From Azolla caroliniana (Eukaryota > Plantae > Polypodiophyta): DNA of 64,000 nucleotides. The first letter of the stretch is position 1, and each line of letters begins with the position of its first letter. Position numbers and translations under genes: made by a program. Positions 48,795 through 60,770 of the stretch are shown here, in pieces. The notes under the pieces were generated by a model, which was not told the origin of the DNA, did not search any database, and saw only the letters and a program-made list of their open reading frames with translations. The stretch spans positions 16,182,001-16,246,000 of the forward strand of contig JBHGNT010000011.1 of assembly GCA_043228905.1 (NCBI GenBank), written 5' to 3'.

Positions 48795-50329
48795 TTGATT
48801 TCAACACCAACTCGTCAATCCAATCCACTCCTTATGCACATTCCCCTCACAGTTGCATTGGGCACACTTTCAATAATGGCAAGGTTCATTAGTAAATCCT
48901 CGAACATCAAGGATCGTTGATCGATTCCACAGAATCTCCACACATACTATGAGGAAAATGTTTCACTTTTGGACCCATGTATCATCTTTACCCTTCTTCT
49001 CTCTTCTATCTTTCTCTCTCGGAAGATCGCAAAATTTGTGTTCGTTCTCGTTTGAAATTGACAAACATATAATGGTTAAGTTTTAGTTACTCGAACTTCA
49101 CGAGGAGCCTCACCACAAGTTGAGTAGGTGAACCATATGATGAGTGGCGGCTATCTCCCATGGTTCCAAGGTCAATTGGTAGTTGAGACATCGAGGGTCA
49201 AAATATACACCTTGTGAAAATAAGGTACTTAGTCATACAATGAAAACTTGAAATGTGCTTCGTATTTGGAGTAATATTCATAAATAGCATACCAATTGTC
49301 CAAAAGTCTATCTTATCTTGTAGCGTAGCTTGTAAAGCTATCACAAGAAAGACTAAGTAATGGTAATGTCAATCACTGTTTATTCAAGTAACATGAGTTA
49401 CTTGTTAAAATTTAACATTAAATTGTCACATTATCCACTTGTACTTTGTTTTTTAAGTGAATCATGATGCTATGCATATATAAATCATTTTTATTGGCAT
49501 GATAATGTCATACTATGGAGATTATCACAATGGTTATGAAAGGAATGACTTGTATAATGATAATAACATTTATCATGGAGATCATGAGGCCAACTGTTGA
49601 TGTCGTTGTCATTGCGATGGTTAGCTAAATTGATGTGAAAACTTTAAATGAATAATGAAGTACTCCCTTGACATCAATGGTCCGAGTAACTACAAATTGA
49701 AAATGTCATCAATGACTTGAGTATCCATATGTTTCCTCTCTTACTAGACATAACTTTGTTATTGGCCCTAACATCACAGATATGTTTATGGGTTTTAAAC
49801 CTTCCCTATGTTAATTCTTGCTATAGGAGTCCACCTTCATGATCCCCCAATTTGTATAGAGCTTAAAATTTAATTGAAAATGTACCAATTTACCACAATA
49901 ATTTATTGGGCCAATGACCACATTGCGATCCTTTTTTTCATAGAATTGAAGCATTACTACTTCGTGTGAAGGCAAAATTATCAATAACCAATTTACCTTA
50001 AGTTCACACCCATTGATACACAATATATCCCCTCAAAGCATAAATAAGGGGGAACTTAATATAATTAACCACTAATGTCCTAGCTTTTCTCGTGAATGGA
50101 TGTAGTATATGCTAATTAGTTATGAATTATTCTTTGTAAGAAGCAACAAGACATTAATTGCCACATAACAATCTGAATTAAGATATTAATTAGGATTGTA
50201 AAAACACTAATGACGCTTTCATAAATTGCAAAATTTGGATGGTTGGCAAAATTGAGATATTGTGCATGTAATTTCCAATTTCTTAATCTCATGGCCGATG
50301 AAGCTCCAACTTTATTATGTTATTATTGA

Positions 50330-51230
50330 GTCTAACACCCTCCTTTTAGGGAGTCATGTTAATTATTGAGAGTGGGAGGTAAACAAGACATCACATGCTA
50401 AAACACAATGTTGAGGCATTGCCTTTAAGAGATTTTAGACATTATGGGTAAATCAACCTACAATTTTAATGATTTACTCTTGACTTATCTTAAATTATTG
50501 GTGTAGAGGATTTTCCCACAATAGCGTTGATTTATTCCACATGGATAGGCATGCAATATAAAATAGTTATCTGCATTGTTTAGCATTATAATCCAATCTC
50601 AATGTTTTGTGAATCTCTATCATCAAGTTTCCATTGTTCTATTGTATATCCCTTGTGTCAATATATTTGTTTTTTTCAAATATTGCATGTTATCTTGTTC
50701 ATAGCCTTGTATCGTTTTGTTTGTAGGGTTGTGAGTCGTGACATTTGTGACAAGATAATCTTACCTAATGTGGAACTATTTTAGGTGAAGGTTGATTTCG
50801 TACTTCCACATTTTGTCAAATAAGGAAGTTGTAATAGTGTTGCTACAAAAAGTAGACCACCTTGCTCAATTATGCCAACAATTGTAGCTCAAGAATAGTG
50901 ACCTTATGTAAAGTCTCACTATAGTACAACCACAAGAGCATTACATCCATTGCTCCCTATCATATAATCATGCATTTATCACATTCAACAATGATTTAGT
51001 TTGGGTGTACAATCATTTGTGGGATGTTGGACATTAGACAATGTGTCCATTGTAGAATGATGTGGGAGCATGGCTCCATCCTCCATTTTGAAAGGTTACG
51101 TTGCTCTCGGGAATTGCGGAGTTGTGTCAACTATGGTGCAAACCATCATAATCCCAGTTCTAGTAATGCAAAGTTTTTCTGGCCTCCTCGTATGAATCAT
51201 ACGTCCTCAAAATAGTTACCATCGTGAAAG
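50330..51230 (-). mobile_element. Highly decayed copia remnants (integrase traces, PPT/LTR start)
   Basis: Minus-strand traces ILRTYD and EQRNLxKMExxAML resemble integrase ILRTD...ERxNRTLMEMARAML. AAAAGGAGGG-TGTTAGA near 50332-50348 resembles a PPT-LTR junction. Confidence 0.3.
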
Positions 51231-52835
51231 CGTTTACACATAAGGTCATTTGCAACACATAATAAATAACAAACGTGTCCCGCAACATATTGTTCGAGTT
51301 ATTGCGCAATGATTCAGTCTTCCACGTGTTAAGGCAATGTTTTGGTGTTCCGCGTGTGTGTAGGCACAAGGGACATGGGAGAACAAATTGTGGGTCGGAA
51401 TGGGAAATTGACCATTGCTTGAGAAAGCAGGGCCATAAACATGCACACAACCACTAGAGAAGACTCCCACATAATGGGATGCTCTCCCACAACACAAAAC
51501 ACGCACATTATGTACATTACATACACCCCTCACCATCACATTCATCATGGGAGTAGAGACACCACAAGACTCTACAGAAAGGTGAGCAAAGGAAGATTTG
51601 AATGGCATGCTGGGAACTTTACAGAACGAGCTCCCATGGCAGAGCTCGAGAGTGTGCTCATAATTAAGAGCATGAACCCTGGGTAAAATGGAGTTGCTAA
51701 TCTGTTGGGCAATTTAATGACAATGAGTATTCGGATCTGTTAAGCTTTCAAACACCCCTCAAAGAGATCCATCATGGGGAGAGAAATACTAGAGAGAAAA
51801 ATCTGAGGGGAGGGGGGGGGGGGGGGGGTCTGTGTGAATCAATTGGAGAGAAAACCTAAGCGTGTCATTTCTACTTGTTTAAATTGGTGAATCCAGTATG
51901 GTACTTCTCCAAATTAACCATAGGAGCTCGTTAAAGTATTCAAAGATTTGGTTTGCTGTTAATAATTATGAGCAGGCGTTTCGGGCATGGCTTATGATCC
52001 GTGAGTAGCCACAAAAATATGGACTTTGCGACACAGTTTTGTATGCTTTTTACGTTGCAGGCTGCTGCTAGCTATCTGGGACTACAATTTCCAGCTAATT
52101 AAATGAACGTCTCCAAATTTATCTGGACCCTGGTGATGTGCGTTCCATTGATTATTCCATGTAAAACCCCTTAAACAAAATAATCAGGTGTGGATTCTCG
52201 ATCGCATGAAAAGGGAAGCGGCCATGGTGTGAGACCTAAAAAAAAAACCACTAATTTTATTTCATGGAGAAAGTAAGGCTAACTAGCCGGATAGTTCTGT
52301 TTGGGTAAATCTGAAAGAGAACCGGAGCGGAAATGAGCTTCAGAAGCAATTTCTTACTTTCTGTTATGTAGGATGTAAACGCATCCAAAAGAAGGGGGGT
52401 GGGGGGTAGTGTCAGTCTGTCAGATCAATGGTAATGACTTAAGCCATGACCCTTGGATGTTCACCGATCTAAGAGATGCCTCCTAAGGTCTGGCATGTGC
52501 GCATACAAGGGTTAACTGCGTGCAGGGTTGGGAAATCTAAACTATATTAATCAGAGTAGCAAATTATAGCAAGATCATGAGGGCCTAGTATACAATGGCT
52601 GGTTGGGATGATTGATATAATTTACTTCAATTTGCATAGGAATCTATGCCTACAGTATCTCTAAAAAATTATGACAAATTCAATGGAAGCATGCTGGCCA
52701 CTTAAATTAGAGAAACGACATGATCTTATTTATGTCCTCCATTCAGCTTGACCCAATGTTCTAAAACGAGAAAAAGAAGCGAAAACCCCATATCCTACAA
52801 TCCAGCGACAATCCCAACAGACGAAGAAGAAAGAA

Positions 52836-53360
52836 TTAATCAAGATAACCATGCTGCTGCTGCTGCTGCTGATGACGATGATGATGAAGAATCTGATGAT
52901 CGTCGAAGTTGAGAGAGTATGTGAATGAGTCATAGTGGCTTGCGAGGATGTTCCGATTGCTCGATTCTTGTCTGTGGAAATGCTTTGATGGATGCAGCAG
53001 GAATCTCTTATAATTTATCAGACGATTGAGTATCCTCAACCTTAGTCTCATCATCATATCAAGACTAGGCTTAACCACATTCCATCCAAACATCATTCGA
53101 TTGATTAAGGTATCATGGCGGGTATTGGACGCCACAGCACGGGATCTGTTCATATTGCGAACACTCGTGATCGTGGTTGTGGATTCTTGATCATCGTCAT
53201 CGACTCTATTAACTGTAGTGGAATTGGTATGTTGGGGATATACGGGAGGTTTAGCAGTGGGAGGGGAAGTCCTGTCCTTGTCCTTGTCCTTGTCCTTCTT
53301 CTTCTTCTTCTTCTTCTTTAGGTAGGGATATGCAGGTTTGAAGCAATCCATTATGACCAT
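52836..53360 (-). CDS. Small intronless plant protein of unknown function with YDxxSYxLNFD-type motif, 174 aa
   Basis: ATG-initiated ORF. HYDSFTYSLNFDD matches the recalled YDPLSYALNFDD/EG motif of uncharacterised plant proteins. Poly-K/(KD)n N-terminus and H/Q-rich tail. Confidence 0.72.
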   Translation of the reverse strand: MVIMDCFKPAYPYLKKKKKKKKDKDKDKDRTSPPTAKPPVYPQHTNSTTVNRVDDDDQESTTTITSVRNMNRSRAVASNTRHDTLINRMMFGWNVVKPSLDMMMRLRLRILNRLINYKRFLLHPSKHFHRQESSNRNILASHYDSFTYSLNFDDHQILHHHRHQQQQQQHGYLD

Positions 53361-56355
53361 AGTATATGATTAACACAGAGGTGCTGACTGAGGAAGGTGT
53401 TAAATCTAGCATTCAAAGGAATCAAAATGAAAGAAGAAGAAGATGCAGAAGAGAAATTGAAGGATTGATTCAATATACATACATACATATATGTATATGT
53501 ATCATGTATGTATACTATTTAAGTATAAATGTATGTATGTAGGTTAGAATCTTTGATTCCTTTTGTTCAGGTCAAGTCCATGTTTTAATCTTTGTATCCA
53601 ACTCTGGTTAGCAAAAAGACTCCTTTGGCATCAACCATTTCTTAAATGTGTTGTTGATTCATTGCATGTAAATTATTGGGGCTCTTCAAATCTATTGTTG
53701 CTTTGGTAGTATGGTTTCCCCCGCATTAAACAATGCCCCAAGCACTAACGCTCTAGTTCCACGCCCCCATCGCAAGGTCTTGCTAGGACAAAGCCTCGTT
53801 TCACACTCGGTTTTGGATGGAAAGAGTTTGTGCAACACCTAATATGGGAAATGTGTTGAACTATACGAGTTGTTAATTCCAATGGCAAGAACCATTCTAA
53901 AAGGATTAGACACATCACGCAAGTGATATGTGTGATAATGTGGGGGCCCAACATTATTAAAGTGGCAAGCATATGATTCTCTAGCTACTAGCCATCCCAT
54001 TTTGTTTTTCTCGTACTCGTTATTACATGTTTGCATTTATACTTTCTCCATTAACCTATCTTAGCATCTAAACCACTATTAGCATCATCTTACTTGTAGA
54101 AGATTATATCACATAAGTTGAAGTTGAGGGTATTAACGAGAGATCTAGAAGGTCACCATTATAACCTTACTTAAAAATGTCTTGTGTGTATGGTAGCTCC
54201 ATTTCATTTGACAATATCATACTTGGAAATGTTTTAACCACGCTCTTTCCTGACCACAACTTTTGAACCATCATCCTCATGTTATGTATACAAGATGATA
54301 AAGCCTTCTTTGATTGCATGTATGTTGCTATGTGGTGTAACTTATTCATAACCTGCTTTCGAGTCAATTCTTGTGGTGTCGTGTTAGCCTCTTAGTGTTT
54401 GTTCAAAATAGGGCATTCCTAAATGGTAGCTATATTGTTTCTTGTTCCTTCTACGCATATGTAGAATATATATGTTGTAATAGTTTTGAGAAGAATGAGG
54501 GCTGAAATAATATATAGCTTCACAAATGCATACAAAAAGTCAAAGGATCCAACATGACAAGGATGATACAAAAGCTATGTGTTAATTTGAACAATCAATT
54601 CTACCTCGGAAGTCAAAATTAGGGAGTCTTTCATTGTCCGGGAAAAAACAAATTGCGTTCCATGAAACTTGGGAATTACACTTTAAGCCACGAAACCCAC
54701 AAAGGCATTGGCACATGACCCCATCTTGCCTTTAACCTACTTTGGGTGTAAATGTAGGAGCGTCCATACAAACACAGTCTAAAATTTGAGTGCCTTGTAC
54801 AAGCATTGGCAAAACCCAAACCCATATTTCAATCCACAAAGACCATGTAGAATCCAAGAAAATTATCAAATGCAAATTATCATCTCATTCGATTAGCCAT
54901 ATCCAACAAATTGTACATACTACATATTTTTCCTTTGGTTTTTATGGATGCTTGGTCTTCTTTGCGCCAACTTAGAGCCATACTAAAGATTTATTCCAAC
55001 TCATATGACACTTACATACCCTCTCTAATACATTTGTTAACTTTGCTTTATATTATTGGTGGGAGATGGGGTGAAACCCCACAAAAATACTAGTATACAA
55101 AAGTATCCTCTCAGTTTCCTCAAAGAGCACTTGAAGAATATTTGAAATTTGTCAAAAGGATATATATCCTAGACATAGAGATAATCATACAATGATTGCA
55201 CAAGATAGTGCTTGAAGAACAAAAATTCCACACACAACAAGTTGATTAGGTGATATCATACGGTTCAAAATCTCAAAAAGCTCACCCAATCGAAAATCAT
55301 AGATATAGATGTGCCGTAAGAACGAGACGAAATATCAAAAAGTTTATTCCAAAATGAAGTATTGGGAAATGGCTAAAGAGGCATTGCCTTAACCCTTCCG
55401 TAAGATACTTATCTCTATGGCATCACCAAAACAAACAATTAACAAATTCTAAACCAATTCCACATCTCATGCCTATTATTGCGGCAACGTGTCTTCATTG
55501 GAGATCTATCCTACCTAACAATACCCTTAATAAGCAACATCATTAGAAGAATCTCTACATTAATGAATGAAAATTGGTGTGCTTGATACTCACCATACAC
55601 TTTTCCCACCAAGAGTATCGCTTAAGTACGCTCCATAGCTGATCATTGTATCATTATCTCCATGGCTTTGCATTAGTTACGACTATGTGTGCATTGGCAT
55701 CAATTTCATATCGACCTAAAAAGGAATCCCTTGTGGGTGGGATACCCGTATATTTCATTGGGCGATAATACTTGTTTTTAAGTGCCGCATGGGAGATGGG
55801 GGCGATCCAATATTCCGATCACAACCAAACAAACATCACTAAGCATAGACTCACAATGTGTTCAAGTGGGGGAGGGGGTGGGATCGACAAACAATCGATT
55901 GTCAAAAGACCTGGCATTATAATGATAAGAGTAACAATGAGGAATGTTTTCGGCAGAACCTCGTAGATTCGAAATTTAGTGAGTTAATGCGAGAGCGGAA
56001 GGAGCATCAATCAGTCCTGGAGTCGAGAGATCATTTCGATGCTTCTTTACGCCCCAAGGTGCGAGGCAACACCACACCCGGTTCAGGTCCCAAAGCCAAA
56101 GGTTCAAACATTTGGTCATTTATACATACATATACATACACCATGCCCTAAAACACAAAACAATAACTACAGTCTCAGAAAAGATCCATTCTGCTCCAGA
56201 GACAGTCAAGCAGACAGACATAGACATAGAGACACAGAGAGACAGAGAGACAGAGACAGAGAGAAGCAGGGGTATTTTGATGGGGATGGTGTAGGTAGTT
56301 TGTCGTTGTTCGTTGGCCCTCCATCTCCACTGGGAAGTACCAGCGGTTCGGAGTG

Positions 56356-58210
56356 ATGTGGGCACTCTCCCCCTGCATCCTTCTCCCCATCACCACTCAT
56401 CTCCAGGGACGCCATCATCACCCACCTCTACCAGCAGGAAACACCCTTCTCGCCTCGTCACCACCACCACCACCACCATTGCTCTTGCTACAGCAAACCA
56501 GGCGACTGGCATCGGAATCTGCTGCCGCTATAACAAGCCGTGATGGCGGTGGTCGGGAGGGGTTGGATGAGAGATCATCTCCCAAGGAGAATGAGGACGA
56601 GAGGTTCATGAGAGAAGCCCTTGTGGAAGCAGCCAAGGCTGCGTCCAAAGGCGAGGTTCCTGTGGGCGCTGTGATTGTGTTTCAGGGTGATATTATTGCT
56701 AGGGCCCACAATCTGTAGGTAATTTCTTCCTTAACCATTGTGTTGCTGTGTTTGTGACACATGCATATATCAAGATGTTTATTTTCATTTTTTAGCTATA
56801 GTTATAGAACCCAATATGCATAACTAGTGATGCTAGTCCAGATATTTGATTGTGAACCGGAAAATAATTTGCTGACAGCAGTTTAGCTTCCAACATTTTC
56901 CAAGACGTATGAAATGACTCGATTCCTGCATGACATGTGTGGTCGAGGTTTCTGCAAGTCAGAATATTTGATTGTGAATTGGAAAATAATTTTCCCACAG
57001 TAGTTGAACCTATGCAATACATTTCTACTAATTGTGACAATCGCAAAGTTTTACAAGGCATATGAAATGACTTGTTTCCTCCATGACATGTGTGGTGAAG
57101 GTGGTTTCAATATTTTCCATTATGTTAAGGACTCTGTTCTTCCATATATGGCCAAATTTATGCATTGAACTTCCCCAATAAAACATTATTTCACCCATTC
57201 ACAGTGTGGAAAGCAACCAGGACCCGACAGCACATGCAGAGATTATCTGTATACGCAATGCTGCAAAACTATTAGGTGGTTGGCGCTTGCTGGTAACTAA
57301 CTGAATTTAACATTATCGTGAATTCAATCTTATGGACACTTTTATGTCACTCCATCCTATTTTTGACTTGAGAACAATGTCTTTATGTTAGGATTCAACA
57401 CTGTATGTTACGTTAGAGCCATGTCCAATGTGCGCTGGAGCTCTTCTTCAAGCAAGGGTCAGTGCACTTGTATGGGGAGCTCCAAACACATTGTTGGGAG
57501 CAGATGGAAGTTGGGTGAGGTTGGAACTCTTTACTTATATTCAAATGTTCAGTTTTATTTGAGTGATTAGAAACTTATTCCTTGGAGGAAACATGGATAT
57601 ACCCAATGTTTAAAAGCAAAGCCTTCATAGAAAGAAGATCAGCAGAAGGTGTACATAATTAACTTTTGAGTATTTGTATTAGATGAGTAGTTGAAAACTG
57701 GAATTGAAGGAAGTAAGGAATATTAGATAGGCAGATTTATTTCATAGCACTGCAGTTATTGCATGTTGGGGTAAACTACCATTTTAATAGCTTCTAGTAG
57801 AAAAAGATCTAACAGAAAACTATATTAGAGATGCATTGTTAAGTAATTTCTACAGATATATTTGTTGATATGGCTATTGTAAGTAGTGATTAGAATTTAT
57901 ATTCACCTCAACCAGTGGTGGTGATATGATCTACAGCCTCTTTCCAAGGTTGGATTCAACTTCTCCAAATGATGTGGATGGCCTGAAGAGCTATGGAAAG
58001 AATTGCGTCCATCCATTTAACTGTGATGTCAAAGTGAGAAGGGGAGTTTTGGCAAGTGAATGCTCTCAAATTATGAAAAATTTCTTTCGAAAACGAAGAA
58101 AGGAGAGCGTGAATGTGCAATATGATAAACCTATTATCCCTAGCTATTTAGCAATGAAACGGAAAGTTATTCAGAATATTGCTTCACTCTTTAAGTTTTT
58201 AAATATTTAA
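56356..58210 (+). CDS. TADA: tRNA(Arg) adenosine-34 deaminase, plastid/bacterial TadA type; ~282 aa, 4 exons
   Basis: Exons 56356-56714, 57205-57292, 57392-57519 and 57937-58210; sum 849 nt. Motifs DERFMREAL...[29 protein letters not shown] (Zn-binding HAE/PCxxC), the plant TADA signature [14 protein letters not shown], and HPF...[18 protein letters not shown]. The N-terminus resembles a transit peptide. Confidence 0.93.
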
Positions 58211-58335
58211 CTCACTTTTTTGGTCGGACATAAGAAGCAACTAAACGATTGATATCTTATTTGTGTAATATTGGTTGGATTGTTTTTTTGAATTGACCTT
58301 CTTGTCTAATAAAGAGTTGAAATTCGGAGAATTTA

Positions 58336-58592
58336 ACTTGTTATTGCATTTCATGAAGTTTACTCTCATAAGCATTAGAAATCAAATATTGTGTGCGCAT
58401 ATATGCTAAGAATGACTGGGTTGGTCAGTATTCTATTATTAAAAAAGGCAATAAACATACGTTTACTTGTCATTGCATTTCATGAAGTTTAGTCTCTAAA
58501 GCATTAAAAATCAATTTCTTTTGTTCACATGTATGCAAACAATGGGCGTATGGTAAGTTTTCTAGTATGTAGAAAAAGTAAAAAGCATACCT
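58336..58592. repeat. Diverged tandem duplication, 2 x ~129 bp, in the TADA 3' region
   Basis: ACTTGTYATTGCATTTCATGAAGTTTA...AGCATTA occurs at 58336 and 58465. Confidence 0.8.
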
Positions 58593-59941
58593 TTATAGAC
58601 TGAAAGTGAAAATTTCCTTTCTAATGATTTTGTTGAAGTACCAAGAACAATTGCATTAGATAAAAACCTCCGTCAATTAGGTGTCCTTTTTATCAGAATC
58701 TATCTGAACCATAGAGGTGGAATTTAAGTACACCTCAAGTTTGTTTGCCATTTTGGCCAATTCTGTTTGAGAAAGCTAATCCTGATGGATATGTGGAAGA
58801 TTAAAATTCTAACACCCATTTTTTATTTCTTTATATTATATTTCACGAGCACTCAACAGCTTTTGAAATTTTGCAACTATGAAATGTGAGAATATTCTCA
58901 ATATGTTTTTTTATTTATCCTGATCTTTAATGTTTGTGAACAGAAATATACCATATAAATATAACTTATAAGACACCTTACGTATGGTTTCTCTGGTTAC
59001 AAAAATATACCATGTAGCTTTGTATCATGTTAAAACATTCTGCCAACTTCCAAACTTGTATTCAATTAGTAGTGTAATGATCCACAATTCACAATAGAGC
59101 ATGGATCACAAAATTTGATGTTTGGACTTCGTGAGGATGAGCAATTGTCTACTATCATATAATGCCTTGCAAATGTGTCACATTGAACCAGTAACATTTA
59201 GTGTGAACTCCTATCTCAATCAAATATTACTTTTACTTCGCAACTGTTTTAGGATTTTTCACATGTTGGGAGGTTGACATGGACAAACACATGTTTGGTG
59301 AATTAGAAATACAATAAAACTTCAAAATGAAAATTATTGGTAAAGAGAACAAACGCTTGCTATTGGCTAAAATTTTTATGACAATCCATAACTGCAAGCA
59401 CCATGTCTAGAGAAACCTCACCTAAAACCTCACCTTATTAATTTCGTTGCTCATATGTTCAGTTCATTCACTAACATATGCAACAGGTACTTTCGGCTGA
59501 GTTATCTTAAAGAAAAAAAAACTGCTAATATACATCATATTTTGGTTTTCTGCTTCATTTTCAGCCATGGATCACAAATTACAATTATCTCATCATTTAA
59601 GGCACATTAACATTGCAATAAAGCCATGCTACAAAATTCACATTTACGCATACGTCAGAAGGCCCTATTATTCTTGTTGATTCTTAAAATTACCTTACAC
59701 ATTTTCCCATAGCACACTTATTACACATTCTTAATGATCTTGTGCAGCATTATCCCTCCGCAATCTAAATCAAATATGTGCCAAAAGTTTTTATACAATT
59801 AGTCTCCATTACCAAAATGTTCATCAAAGCAATAAACATTCTTATTGATCTTCTGCAGCATAGCAGTTCAAATTTACATATATTTGGCAAAGAACAGTTG
59901 TCAGTGCGGGAAGTTTTATATGGTACAACACATAGTCACCG

Positions 59942-60121
59942 TTACCAAATGCTCATAAGAGCAAGGGTGACAATCATCCAAATACAACAGTCAACTTGTA
60001 TGGCCCTGACGGGTTTTCATATTACACCATTACCAAATGCTCATAAGAGCAAGGGTGACAATCATCCAAATACTACAGTCAACTTGTATGTCCCTGAAGG
60101 GTTTTCATATTACACCATTAC
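59942..60121. repeat. Tandem duplication, 2 x 88 bp
   Basis: TTACCAAATGCTCATAAGAGCAAGGGTGACAATCATCC...CATATTACACCA occurs at 59942 and 60030. Confidence 0.92.
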
Positions 60122-60770
60122 AAAAGACATGTACACTAGTATATGTTCCAACGTTATTCATATTATAGATTACAAAAACCATGTTCACCAGTATACATCC
60201 CCAAAGTTGTTCACATTACATTATGAAAGCCAATGTCCACCAGTGTAAATGTATGGTAAGTGCATGTAAGCTTTGCTGCAACCTCCATTTCACAATATTG
60301 TTAACTTTCCTTTTTGCGCCACATCAAATGAAAAGATTACCAACCAACACCACCGTTAAAAACTCCTATTTGAGAAACTCTAATTTGCAATCCTTCTGAC
60401 GGAGTGGCCCAGCAGTGTTTCATACATGTATTATGGCTCGAGCTGGCAGTTATAACACAAGCTCCCTCAAACCCACTTTTCTAATTTTGCACCACCAGGT
60501 ACCTTGAAAATTAAGGAACCGCTCACTATTAAGTACACCGGGAACTATATGCTTCACACCAGGACTACATTACCAACCATCACAGTTTTAAAGGTCCTGT
60601 CTGTATAATGGCAAGGCAATATAGCAGTAAGATTGCAATCTTCTTCTCCAACAATCTTACTCTTCATTATGATTTTCACACGGTAGGCTACTTTATGTAT
60701 CAACACGTGTTCTCATCTTCCTTCTTATATACTTACCGTGTTATCATCATTCTTCTTATATACTTCCTTC

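Noticed and set aside
1-58210. Apparent cluster of plastid-related genes (PPR, HCF243-like, tRNase Z relic, FTR, TADA)
   Set aside because: They are interspersed with unrelated genes. Organelle-targeted genes and PPRs are common, and no shared regulatory signal is visible.
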